Shown here piece by piece: positions 1-13,300 of a DNA stretch of 64,000 nucleotides. The stretch lies in NCBI GenBank assembly GCA_030141605.1, contig JAQGDQ010000077.1, positions 1-64,000 on the forward strand, in the 5' to 3' direction. Made by a program: the position numbers and the translations under genes. Below the pieces are notes generated by a model that saw nothing but the letters and a program-made list of their open reading frames with translations, was not told the DNA's origin and ran no database searches. Within the stretch, counting starts at the first letter, position 1; each line of letters opens with the position of its first letter. The DNA comes from Tubiluchus corallicola. Its lineage: Eukaryota; Animalia; Priapulida.

Positions 1-3000
1 AAGAGATCCTGAGAAAAAACTCGATTTAAAAGCAACTGTATAGTGTGAATATTTAGTCTCTAATTCTAATATTTAGTCTCTAATTCTGATATTTAGTTTC
101 TAATTCTCTATTTTCTATATATTTCATGCAAACAAAAATACTTTAAGATGGTGTCAACAAATTAAGCAGTACAGAAGCACAACAATTGTAATCCAATATG
201 GTTTCACAATTCTGAACTTTGTCACACATCAATTTTCAGAACACACTTCTGAAAAAAACAGTCCTACAAGCTAAGCACGATAGAATTAGTTTTTTGATAC
301 ATGAAAATAAAACATTGAGAACCTCAAACAGAGTTATATACTCTTACACTTGTGCAGTACAACATGGTGGTTGCACAAATGTGTGCATAGCTTCTAAGAA
401 GCAAAAAGTTTTATGCCTATTAGACTGCCATCTATGATCTTGAACAACATATAATCGGTCCTGAATAACTTCAACAATAATTGCAATTTATATACCTGTA
501 TTAATAAATTATAGTTCATTATCAAATCAAATCAAACTAAATTATAGTTCATTATTGTTATAAGCCTCTTGTAACAGCGCTGTATTTACTTTGCAACCAG
601 CGTGGTTACGGAAAAACGCAAATATGAGCCGACCGCGGATAGCTTCTGTATAATAGTAATAGTAATAGTAATTTTATTTTCCTCCATAAATTTACAATGA
701 TTTGAAAATAAAATACACAAAACTTCAAACGAATATGGGAGAAAGGGTGGCGAAAAACCAAAGGTTATCGAGTCAACCACCCTTCTCAAAAGACAGTAAA
801 CAAAAAGATACGTAGTACGTTAGTGCCTAGTGCATAAACATTTTGTTCGGTATAGTTAAAAGAAAGAAATTTTAAACTTACCAAATTAATCAATTTCTTC
901 TATCCCAGGTCAAGAAGATTTCCTTTTTGTTTTATTTATGCCAGACAGGTAATCCATAACGCAAACGAGCCGCGTAAACTTCTAGCTACTTAGTGTTATC
1001 TAGTCAGCCCTGGGCCATGGTAGTCTGCAAAGCACTTGCAGCAAACAAAGTTCGATTTACCTCAACTGACACGTAGAAACAAGTTACACGATTGTCAGTT
1101 AGCAATGAGTTTCTGCCGATTAAACGAATGCTGGAAAGTTATTCAAAAGAGTTCTTGTGAGCCGATTAAGTAAAAACTTTTACGCAAATGAAAACAAACA
1201 CACGTGTTTTAGCCATCTTATCCTATTAACATACTTCTTGACTTTTTTCTAGATTGACGCACCAAAAAAAACAATAGATTGATGCACCAAAAAAACAAAC
1301 GGATTACTACCTCCGCAAACGCATGGTTTAATAACAGGTAAAAAGTTTCGATAATTATTAACAACCCTGTATTACTTTTTGCTGTTACCAAATTTAAGAA
1401 TTGTGATCTAGAACATTTCCTACAAATCCTTTTGAATGTGTAAAAAGCCTATCTGCAACTAAAATCAGTAGTCCTACCAGGTTAGAAGCACAATTTCAAA
1501 TACAAAAAGCTCCGCCTACTTAAAATCGTTTTAAGTTAGCGAAAAAATGCAATTTTATAAGAAGCCAAATTCCTAGCCAAAAAGCAAGTGGCAAAACAAA
1601 ACCACAAGAAGATTTCTATTAAGATAAGAACGTGGCAAGGTACATGCAGAAGAAAGACAAAAAACTACAAGAAAATGAAGAAAAAACTCGTGCACTTACA
1701 AGAGACCCTGAAGAATGATATTTTTCTAAAATCAGGAAAATGGTCAGTAAAATTAAACTTACATCACACAATGTACCAAACTGGGAATTAAGTATGCCGA
1801 TTCTGAATGGTGGTTGTCTGAATCATGTTATATTATACCCACATAACAATGCAAATTGCAAAGAATGTTGATTAAACAGGTGGTGATAAAGTTGATCAGC
1901 AGGCAGATTTAATAATCTATGAAATATTAGAGACAACTGCTAATAACTTAATGACTGATGCTACATAATCTAAAACAGCAACTTCGCAATTTTCGTCAAA
2001 TTACTATTTTAAAAGCATCTTGCAAAACTTATTCTCCAACCAGTTATGGAAAATGACACGACAACATTAGCTATTTTTACTGTTCTGTGTCCTTTCAATA
2101 ACAATTTTCAAGTTTCTGTCGCATACACTGCGACGGACTTCATTGATATAGACATATTGCAAAACCAAGACAGTACTATTTCATGTTACTGCTCGATGAG
2201 ATATTTAATTTGTAATTTCTGAAGAACAGACAAAAGTTCAAGTAATGACGTTTCAGTTGTTTGCGAGCATTATAAGTAGCCCTCCAGGACAATCTGTTAA
2301 AAAACAAACTTATGGCACCCATATTGTTATTGCTGTATTTGTTTGTCAATAATATTTTCTCAAAATTTTACAGTTTCTTATTGAATTTGTGTTTTTTTGT
2401 GAAATGAAAGAATGGGAGAAGACACAGATCAATGGAAATGTACAACCTTTAAGAGAATAAAACCACTACAGAAATCAACAAAATTAATAACAAAAGCCAC
2501 GTTCTTCTGTATTCTTTTTTGAGCTGTAATAATTAATATAACAACTAATAATTATATTTACAATTAATAACAATTATTTATCATTTAAATTGCAAGATTT
2601 ACGAGTTTTTGGTTGAATGAACACGCAATAGCTGTATTTCTAACTAAAACTTAAGCAAAAGGCCTAAGAGTACCTGGTTCAAATCCAGGTTCAGACAAAT
2701 TTTCGCATTTCTCTCACTAGTTTTTGTTTCAGAAATTCAACAATAATTGAGAATTGACCACATCATTATTAAATATAACATTATTTTCAATGAATCAAAT
2801 CAAACAGATCAAAACAACTACAACATTAAGAACACTAGCTGATCTCACACTCTGTATCTTGTAAACGAATTTTAAATAAGAAAAATTTCAAACACAGCAG
2901 AAAGTAACAATAAAGACTACATAACGATGAGTGCTGGTTTAAACGTAGAAAAAAATTTAGATGCCGACTCAAAGATGCCTAAGTGTAGCTTATCATTTAA

Positions 3001-3154
3001 AAATATTTTTTCATATTTTTTGTTTACGGGTAACGAGGAAAAGCATTGTTTAAATATTCTAACAGACTAGATCAATGAGATGTAACCTTAGGAAAATGAA
3101 CGGTAAAATAGCACTACTAGGCACAACAAAACACGTAATCCTATTTTCAATCTT

Positions 3155-4313
3155 TCAGCTTTTTGCAAAGAAGTCGTTCAAGGTTTTCACGTTTTTGCTA
3201 TTGTCCGTTTTTTTCCGCTTGCCGGTATGTACGTTTTTACCCAAACGTCGTCTCTTTGTAGATGCGCTCTTTGCTGCAGGTTGTCTATAGTCCATACTGG
3301 GATTCGATTGTTTACTCAATGCTACGGCTAGATGATAATCCAGATGTTCTTGAAGATCATCACGTAATACGAGTTTCCCGCATTTTTCGCAGCTTACCGG
3401 TTCAGTTGCATTATCGCAGAGAGTAGCATTGTTATTCTTTGTATCACTCGATATTGTATGCTGATTATTTGCAGTTTGCTTAGTGAAGAATTTCTCTATT
3501 GTCGACTTGGATTTCACGACTTGTTTGTTCTTGCCGGCGGCACTCAAGATTTCCTCGCGTATATCTTTCGGCAATTCTCGCAAAACTTCCTCGTCGATGT
3601 CAGCATCGTTTTGATAAGAGTTATTGTTACTACAAGCCTCTCTCGGCGGGGATTCCGTAACAGATAGCTCTTTTTGCTCTTGCAACGCGTGGTTTTTCTC
3701 GACTGAAGAAACCGAATCTCTCACACAATTTCCGACACTTGTAAGCCGAGAACAAGCGTGTCCTACAACGTGTAATTCTTTAAGAGAACTAACTGAAGCC
3801 TGGTCACGTGTAGTAGTTTCCGTTTCTCCTCTTGATGAACTGCAAAGCGACCCTTCGTGAACTCTGTTCTTATTTTGCCTTTCCATTATCTGTGACTCTA
3901 GAAGTTTTCGTTTAAAGAATGACCTTATGCCGTCGCTTTTGGTAGCTTGCTTGGCTGATTCAGCGCCTTCTTGCACTTCAACTGATTTATCTATTCCGAC
4001 GCCATTTTCATCAACAGCAACAGAATTTTTACTTTCCACGAATTTCTGTTCTTCCTTTTGCTCTAAACGCACCAAAGCACCGGGTGTAAAATACTTTGTT
4101 ATATCATTCACATCTCTGTTCACTCCAGCAGCAGACGCTTCTTTTCCAGCCGACCTGGTGGAATGCAATTCTTGTTCAACAGCGGTATCGCTGGCAAGGG
4201 TTTCTTGAATGGGCTGGTCTTTCACCACGAAATTTGCCATGCTCACGTTTCCGTGCCTGTTGTCCTCGCGAAATTTTTGCGCTGCCAAAGAGATATTCAC
4301 AATGGCCGGAATC
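3155..4313 (-). CDS. POLH: POLH last coding exon (IPAIVNISLAAQKF ... UBM, UBZ zinc finger, NLS, PIP KTLNDFF)
   Basis: GACAG acceptor at 4315-4314; CEKC..EHLDYH UBZ, KRRR NLS, terminal PIP, TGA stop. Confidence 0.95.
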
Positions 4314-7300
4314 CTGTCAGTGAAAAATACAGATCAAGATGAATTTTACACGTGCGAAAAACATTTAACTGTAGAAAGAGATTACTGGTTAGAGCATTTG
4401 GATAATATCCACTCAGTGTTGGATAGTAATAATATTAATGTGTGCAGTATTAAACATCACAGAAGCACTAATTTGTCAAGAAAAGTCCTCTGATGTACAC
4501 ACTGACAAGGCTTCCTTTCTGTAACATATGTATTAAATATTGTATTGTAGGAAATTATATTATATTATGTTATGTTATGTTACGTTATGTTGTTATGTTA
4601 TGTTATGTTATCTTGTGTTGTGTTGTTGTGTTGTGTTGTGGTGTGGTGTGGTGTGGTGTGGTGTGGTGTGGTGTGATGTGATGTGATGTGATGTGATGTG
4701 ATGTGATGTGATGTGATGTTATGTTATGTTATGTTATGTTATGTTATGTTATGTTATGTTATGTTATGTTATGTTATGTTACATTATATTGCATTGCATT
4801 ACATCACATTGCATTACATTATATTACATTAAAATTATATTATAAATTATATATATTAAAATTTATATAAATTTTAATATATATAAAAAAATTGAAAAAT
4901 AAGTTGAATAATCAAAGCATAAGTTAGCGCTGGATTCCAAAGTTAAGCATCAGTGGCTCCGATTCGTACACGAATGGATAGGACAGTTAAAAAAGATGGA
5001 AATACTCTGTACACAGGTCCTACATCTAAATTCATTTGCGCATCACAAATCATGTGTCAAGAGTTTCAGATGGTCATGCCAGAGTTTAAGAAGTAATATG
5101 TGTGCTTGCATAGCAAAATCGCACACAAGTCGGCAATTAAGCTTTTCTAGTTATTCACATGTCCTGAATCTCCAATTCATGAGGATCATTTTGATACCAA
5201 GTTCATCACTCTATGTTATTTCTAAGCTGAGATAATCCTCGTTGAAGTTGAGGTGCAGGCTGCACACTGAAAAACAATCTAGAGAAAATCGCTGTTAAAG
5301 TCAGCCATTGTTTTACCTGTCTCTACAAAACACTTAGCAACCGTACAAATGTTGGTTGCTATGGACTTTACAAGAACACATTGAAGTTATGTTTAAATCC
5401 AGTAGATGGTTCTTCCTGGTAAAGATCTGGACTTGGCAACAGAAAAAAAACAAAGAAAAATGACTGCTTCCACGAGTTAGTATCAAAGTTTGAAAATGCG
5501 ACTTTTTAACAATGGCAGTACTAGTTTTTAGTTAGAAAAGTGGGCACCGGGTTATAAAATTAAATTTTTAGTATTTTTTGGACATTTTCTTGATAATTTG
5601 ATGCTAGAATATAAAAGTCCAATGCATTTAGCATTTGTTTTTATAAAAAACAAAAAATAACATTTGACCAAATTTTTTGTGCCTTCTACTTTGACTACGC
5701 CGACTTATGGGCGATTTTGGTTTGCAAGTGCACATTTGTTGTCATTAAGCAGCGACCTTTCAATGCCCTAGCAAATCAAAATAAAAACATGAACTTCCAA
5801 CAGCAACACAAGAAGAGCGCATCAGATTGTTCCAAGCAACAGAGAGACAAAAGTTGACAAACGAGTATGTGGCGCCATCTTTGCGGAAACAGTGACAACT
5901 TCTGTACATATATTAACACAGCTTTTGGAAACACAGCAAGTTCAACAGGACTTGATATTACACGTTAAGTTCACCATTTTTAGATACTATACAAAAACTG
6001 CATAATGTTAAATGAAGACAGGATGATTTCATATACTACGCCATTTTCAAGTCCGATAAAACATTATACATTTTAACACAATTAATACTGCAAGAGCATT
6101 TCTGATAATTAAATAACAGATTAAAAACTTAGTTAACGGTGTGCGAGCCCAACTACTGATGACATCACAAATTAACATAATTTTCAATAGCAAAAATATT
6201 CCATGAGCGCGTTGCACGTGTTTGTGAAAGCGAAAATTGAAGTACAGTGCAACTGTAAAATATTCAGTGTGTTGTACTAAAACTAGGCAAGTTTTAAGGT
6301 AAAAATTCAATTTCAAATTTACCACTGTGCTCGCGCATGAGCTGTCGAACGTGTATACATCACAAACTAACACGTATGAACTGGGAGATACCGACCTGTT
6401 TTTTGTGTAATGCATTTTCGAAAAATACAGGTGCTAGTGCCCTCTAACTAACGAATGGCGAAATGCATGCAACAGCGAAGAACTAGTGGCGGAAACGTGA
6501 AATTACGTTTGTGTGGTAATAATTCTTTCACGTAAGTCATTTTTTTAAAAAAATAGTATGATTCCTTTCAATACTTTGAAGAGTGGATTGTTTTAACCTG
6601 CAGTTTAACATTGGGTCCAGTTTTGCTTTAAAGTACATTTTGTGGTGAGTCAGTGGTGCACACTGGGAAGGTCAGTGACGTCTACCAGGTGGCGCGAACA
6701 TTTAAAATTACAAATAATTCTCTTTTCTAGTTACAGAATCAAGCAGGTTTGGATAATGCCAAGTTACATAACATTGTGTGGAACGTTTTTCTGGGACATG
6801 TACTTTACAAAGTCTCACCTTTTCCTCATCTTTAACAGCATTAAGTTATAATTATTTTTTTTATTTATTATATACAATGCCAATGTACATACAGAACAAT
6901 ACGTAATAGTGTTCTACATCCAACTTTGCTTTAACAAAATTTTCCCAGTAACGTATAGAAAAACAATTAAGTTAATTAAGAAATTAACTTGCATTAACAG
7001 TGCGATATGCGGTCTATTTCAGGGATGAGAATGACAAATTACAAAACTCTGAAACAGGCCGGGGGTTTGGGGGCAGCGTAGCCCATGGGGGTTCAAGGGG
7101 TCCAAGGCGAAGCCCCCTTGAAGCCAGCAACAAATTGCAATTTTGTGACCATAGAGAGCCTCTAAGTGGACTTAAAATATCAGTTACCTTGTTTCATGCA
7201 TAATTTAAAATACCCAACTATCAAGGATACATGATACCTAATTGTCTCAAAAACGCCTAAGTACTGGCCGCTCCTATGCAAAAGTATATAAAAACTAGCT

Positions 7301-10300
7301 GCAATTGACTCAAATAACTCTGCACAATTGATTCTATATTTTTATACATAGAGATGTACACGTGGTTACACTGATGTACGTGATGTAAACAAAGTGACGG
7401 CCTGCCAACTAGCGGTCAGCTTGTGAAATAATGTACTGGGTCCGTAAAAATGTTCTCAACGAATTTATGCGATTTTCAAAAATGGCACTACTGGTCTTCC
7501 AGAAACTCGGAATTCCACGTATCCGCGGAAAATTCTAATCCCTGTATATTTCACTTCAGACTAAATGCAGAAACATTTCCATCTTATGGCTTTATATAAG
7601 ACTTACGCCTTTATCCAGGAAAAAGAGGAACTGGATTGGGAAGATTTTTGGCTCTGCTTTCCTGAACTTTACCACAAGGTAAACACTTTGACGGCACTCG
7701 AGCAACAAGGATACTCAAGATTTGAACCACCAACCTTCAGTTTACCGGCTCACAATCTCATAACACTACAATTACTTGAAAGTCTCTGTCTCACTTACTA
7801 GACGGGAGAACACTAAAATCTTATCTAATTAATTCACCTAATTACTAATAATAATTAGCCCAAATTAATTCACAATTCCCATTAAAAAGTGATGAAGAAG
7901 TCAAAATTACCAATCTTTTTCACTGGACGGATCACGCCATCTTTGCATGGCCAAGAATGCATCTTTTGCAAGTCGTTTAGCGCAATACTCTTGTAACGCG
8001 ATGCAGCGGGAAACTCTCGTAAAACCACGCGAAGCTTTCCTCAAGGATGCACTGACGATCAATGAGGTTGCCAGGCGTTTGTTGGCGTCTCGATCCTTGA
8101 TGAGCCGTTCTTCGAGTTCCTGGCACATCTGGCTCAACCAGTACATGACCTGGTAAACAAAGACGAAGATTTGAGACAAACTCAACGAGACAAGAAAGAC
8201 AAATGTTCATTTGTCAGTTTCTATTTATGGAGACCTGCCACTCAAAATATAAACTTACACAAGCATCAATTTCACACAGATCAAATGTTAGTTGCATGTA
8301 TCACACTGATTATCATGTGTGAACTAACCTTCCCTTAGTGCAGTGGTTCCCAAACTTTCTCGGACCGTTACCCAAATGGGGAAAAACGGTCGTGTCCATT
8401 ACCCCCCACCTAGTACTACTTCTCCAACTCGAAAAGTAAACACATGTATATGCCACAAGCAAGCAAAATTAGTTATGTTTGCTCGTGACATAAATAAATT
8501 TCCAGGTAAATTTCCAGGAAAACTACGTAAAATGCAGTCCGAGCGACGTTTTAAAAATTTTCAGAGGGGTGCCCGTTACCCCCCAAAAAAATATATTACC
8601 TGGGGGGTAATTTACCCCTACTTTGGGAACCACTGCCTTAGTGTGAACAACGTTCCCTTTGTGTGAACAACCTTCCCTCCATATGAACAACCTTCCCTCT
8701 GTGTGAACAACCTTCCCCGATGTGAACAACCTTCCCCTGTACGAACAACCTTTCCTCTGTGTGAACAACCTTCCCTGATGTGAACAATGTTCCCCTGTAC
8801 GAACAACCTTCCCTCTGTGTGAACAACCTGTACTGGAGATGGAGTTTTTTCACCAGGGTCGTCACAAGCGACCTCACGCCCAAGTTTAATTATTAAAATA
8901 ATTTTATTTTAATTGAATCAATTTTTGCCATTAAGCAGGTATCCATGTTATTATGGCTGAACTCATTTCACATGTTTTACATGAGACGACTGTTAACAAT
9001 ACTGGACTAATGCACCAGACTAAGTCGTCATTCATCTGTATCAAAAAGCCCTACCCCTTGAATGCAACTGATTTAACACTTATGTATCCATGTTATTATG
9101 GCTGAACTCATTTCACATGTTTTACATGAGATGCCTGTTAACAATACTGGGCTAATGCACCTGACTAGGTCGTCATTCATCTGTATTAAAAAGCCCTACC
9201 CCTTGAACGCAACTGATTTAACACTTATGTATCCATGCTATTAGAGCTGAGCTCATTTCACATGTTTTACATGAGACGACTGTTAACAATACTGGACTAA
9301 TGCCCCTGACTAAGTCGTCATTCATCTGTATCAACAAGCCCTACCCCTTGAATGCAACTGATTTAACATTTAAGCTAACTGAAAGAACCATTTTTCGATA
9401 ATGCCATCAACGTGCCGGGTTAACCAAAACCAAATAAGTCCAGCAAGTTTGACGAAGTCTGAGAATGAACGCAAACGAAACCTTTTCCTTAGTAACGAGC
9501 GCAGCATTTCCGTTGAAATTCTTGCCGCATCCGATCGACTTGGGCAGCTGTCTGTCCTTCACCGGTTCATTATCCAAGCCTCGGCACCAACTGTACAGCC
9601 AGTTTCTGAAATTCGCATAAATTAGTAAAAATAATCAGATGTTTGCAAATATAATCAGCGGGGTGCCCACACAGTTTTAAAATAAATTTCCCTGACTGTT
9701 CCATGACCAAATATTGATTTTTCATGACCACGATAAGCAGAAATTGCATGACCAGTATACATATTCAAACATTTTTGCGTATGGACATTCATACATATAG
9801 TCATATATAATGTGTCGGCACAGTTGCAGCAGTGCTAATTACATTAATCACATTAAATAAACTTTCTTAATCCAATCATTATTTTTGGAACAGAAATCGA
9901 AACTTGGATCCTGCCGTAGCAAAATTTTACTTGAACACGAATCGCTGAAAAATATGTTTGGAAAAATATCGGTTTACGGTGATTATTTTTGCAACCCTTT
10001 CCAATTTCCCTGACTTTTCGCCAATCACATCATCTTCAGCGACTTTTTACCAAATTATCTTTTTCCCTAACTTTCCAGGATAGCCTGTATCTTCAAGAAT
10101 TTTCCCTCACCGTGGGAACCCTGAATGAGAGACATTATCTGACATGAGATATAACAAACAGAAAAAATAAGTTAGTGCCCGTACTGTTACTGTTGTGGGT
10201 CAATTACACAATTTGATTGCCTATTTGGCCAAACTTTCTTTTTCTTCCACTGGAGGGAGCCACAATGGCTGGTTTATGGTCAGAAACCTAGTCCTTTTTT

Positions 10301-13300
10301 ATCTGTCGAAATGACAAATAATTACGGAATCAAAACCATACCCCTGTTTTTCACCAACAGCATTTGTAAGCTGCAGTCTCGAGAATGAACGAAGATCTCC
10401 CATGTTGCTAACGCCGAGCTCTTCTTTCAGCTGATGTCCAAGTTTACCACCTAGATTTCGTCTGTTAAATGCAAAGAGACAAAGGCTGCTAATTAATAAC
10501 ATACTAAACAACTACGAAGTAAATTCATTTCATGAGTCTGACAAGGTGTGGCAGGACCATGCACTAGCTAACAAACAAAGACAATTCTCTAAAGATTGGT
10601 GAAAAGATGAGTGAACTGGAGCAGAGTATACAAAAGAAGGTAGATGAAAAACAGAGCAGAACAAAGAGGAAAAAATCAGTTGAAGTTCACTAGAGTAAAA
10701 GGGAGCAGTGCAGAGTAAATTGTAATAGAAAATACAGGAAAAAGAGAGAAGTGAATGAAGCAGCAGAGAATAAGATGAAAGACGACTGAAAACAAGAACA
10801 GTACAGACAAATCCATGAAAGTGAGTACAGTAGAAGAGAACAGAATAAATAGAGAATGGTAAAGAAGAATACAGTAGATAAGAACAAAACAGCAGAGGAT
10901 CGACTAGAGAAAAGTAAAGTAAAGTAAAGTAAAGTAAAGTAAAGTAAAAGTAAAGTAAAAGTAAAGTAAAGTAAAGTAAAGTAAAGTAAAGTAAAGTAAA
11001 GTAAAGTAAAGTAAAGTAAAGTAAAGTAAAGTAAAGTAAAGTAAAGTAAAGTAAAGTAAAGTAAAGTAAAGTAAAGTAAAGTAAAGTAAAGTAAAGTAAA
11101 GTAAAGTAAAGTAAAGTAAAGTAAAGTAAAAGTAAAAGTAAAAGTAAAAGTAAAGTAAAGTAAAGTAAAGTAAAGTAAAGTAAAGTAAAGTAAAGTAAAG
11201 TAAAGTAAAGTAAAGTAAAGTAAAGTAAAGTAAAGTAAAGTAAAGTAAAGTAAAGTAAAGTAAAGTAAAGTAAAGTAAAGTAAAGTAAAGTAAAGTAAAT
11301 CAAAGTAAAGTCAAGTAAAGTAAAGCAAAGCAAAGCAAAGTAAAAGTAAAGCAAACTACAGTAAAAGTGAAGTGAAGTGAAGTGAAGTAAGGTAATGCAA
11401 GGCAAGGCAAGGCAGAGCAGAGCAGAGCAGAGCAGAGTAGAGTAAAGTAAAGTAAAGTAAAGTAAAACAAATTAAAGTTAAAGCAAAGCAAAGTAAATCA
11501 CAGTAAAGTAAAAGTAAAGCAAAGTACAGTAAAAGTAAAGTAAAGCAAAGCAAAGCAAAGCAAAGCAAAGCAAAACAAAGCAAAGCAAAGCAAAGCAAAG
11601 CAAAGCAAAGTAAAGTAATGCAATGCAATGCAATGCAAAGCAAAGTAAATCAAAGTAAAGTCAAGTAAAGTAAAGCAAAGCAAAGCAAAGTAAAAGTAAA
11701 GCAAACTACAGTAAAAGTGAAGTGAAGTGAAGTGAAGTGAAGTAAGGTAACGCAAGGCAAGGCAAGGCAGAGCAGAGTAGAGTAAAGTAAAGTAAAGTAA
11801 AACAAAGTAAAGTTAAAGCAAAGCAAAGTAAATCACAGTAAAAGTAAAGTAAAGTAAAGTAAAGTAAAGTAAAGTCAAGTCAAGTCAAGTCAAGTCAAGT
11901 CAAGTCAAGTCAAGTCAAGTCAAGTCAAGTCAAGTCAAGCCAAGCCAAGCCAAGCCAAGCCAAGCCAAGCCAAGCCAAGCCAAGCCAAGCCAAGCCAAGC
12001 CAAGCAAAGCAAAGCAAAGCAAAGCAAAGCAAAGCAAAGCAAAGCAAAGCAAAGCAAAGCAAAGCAAAGCAAAGCAAAGCAAAGCAAAGCAAAGCAAAGC
12101 AAAGCAAAGCAAAGCAAAGCAAAGCAAAGCAAAGCAAAGCAAAGCAAAGCAAAGCAAAGTAAAGAAAAAGTAAAGTAAAGTAAAGTAAAGTAAAGTAAAG
12201 TAAAGTAAAGTAAAGTAAAGTAAAGTAAAGTAAAGTAAAGTAAAGTAAAGTAAAGTAAAGTAAAGTAAAGTAAAGTAAAGTAAAGTAAAGTAAAGTAAAG
12301 TAAAGTAAAGTAAAGTAAAGTAAAGTAAAGTAAAGTAAAGCAAAATATAGCAAAGCAAAGTAAAGTAAAGTAAAGTAAAGTAAAGTAAAGTAAAGTAAAG
12401 TAAAGTAAAGTAAAGTAAAGTAAAGTAAAGTAAAGTAAAGTAAAGTAAAGTAAAGTAAAGTAAAGTAAAGTAAAGTAAAGTAAAGTAAAGTAAAGTAAAG
12501 TAAAGTAAAGTAAAGTAAAGTAAAGTAAAGTAAAGTAAAGTAAAGTAAAGTAAAAGTAAAGTCAAGTCAAGTCAAGTAAAGTAAAGCAAAGCAACACAAT
12601 GCAAAGCAAAGAAAAATAAAGTAAAGTAAAGTAAAGTAAAACAAAGTAAAATAAAACAGAGTAAAACAAAACAACTAAAGTAAAGTAAGAAGTAAAGCAA
12701 AGCAAAGTAAAACAAAGTAAAGGTAAAATAAAGTAAAACTAAACTAAACAAACATGAAACGAATTTCTTACATTTTCTTTATTGGCATCCTCTCAAAGAG
12801 CTTTTCAACTTTGTTCTGAGGTAAGATCGTCTGAGCGTTCGGTTTATTTAATCCACAAGCCAGTTTAGCAAGCATCTGCCAAACATCAAATACGACAAAA
12901 ATCAACTTTAAATCGCAACAACAATCACATCTAATTTGAATCACATCGTAAAAAGGAAACAAGGTTAACATCAATAACTCAGAAATAGTTAAACAAACTT
13001 AAACATAATTAAACACGGAATTTCAACAACCAGACAAACTGTTTTTTGGGGGGTTTGCTTAAAAAGGAATTTTTAAGTTAAGTTTCACTATCTTAACGAA
13101 TACACTCCTGTTTCGGCTTACCAGACAAAAGCTGGGAGACATCGGTCCAAATTTGCCGATACTAAGCTAATACAGTAGTGTTAGATTCACAGTAACGTAG
13201 AACCAATCACCTAATCGCCAAATTGTCTAAAAAACGTCTAGTACAGGCCGCTCCTTGCATACAAGCTACACACGTGTCACGATGCACTGATGTAAACAAA

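Noticed and set aside
2660-2698. tRNA-like T-arm CCTGGTTCAAATCCAGG
   Set aside because: No D-arm, anticodon arm or acceptor stem; at most a SINE/tRNA relic (similar weak relics near 7720 and 43150)
6642-6851. Near-identical 69-aa ORFs at 6642 (+) and 59273 (-) as a small gene pair
   Set aside because: Both lie in the duplicated MITE composite, start at GTG, and show no protein motif
7565-7801. Possible extra POLH exon or small ORF
   Set aside because: Exon 9 joins the last exon in frame (W-IPAIV) without it; the sequence looks SINE-like
10530-12565. Long Leu/Tyr/Phe ORFs (291, 211 and 142 aa)
   Set aside because: Translations of the pentamer microsatellite inside a POLH intron
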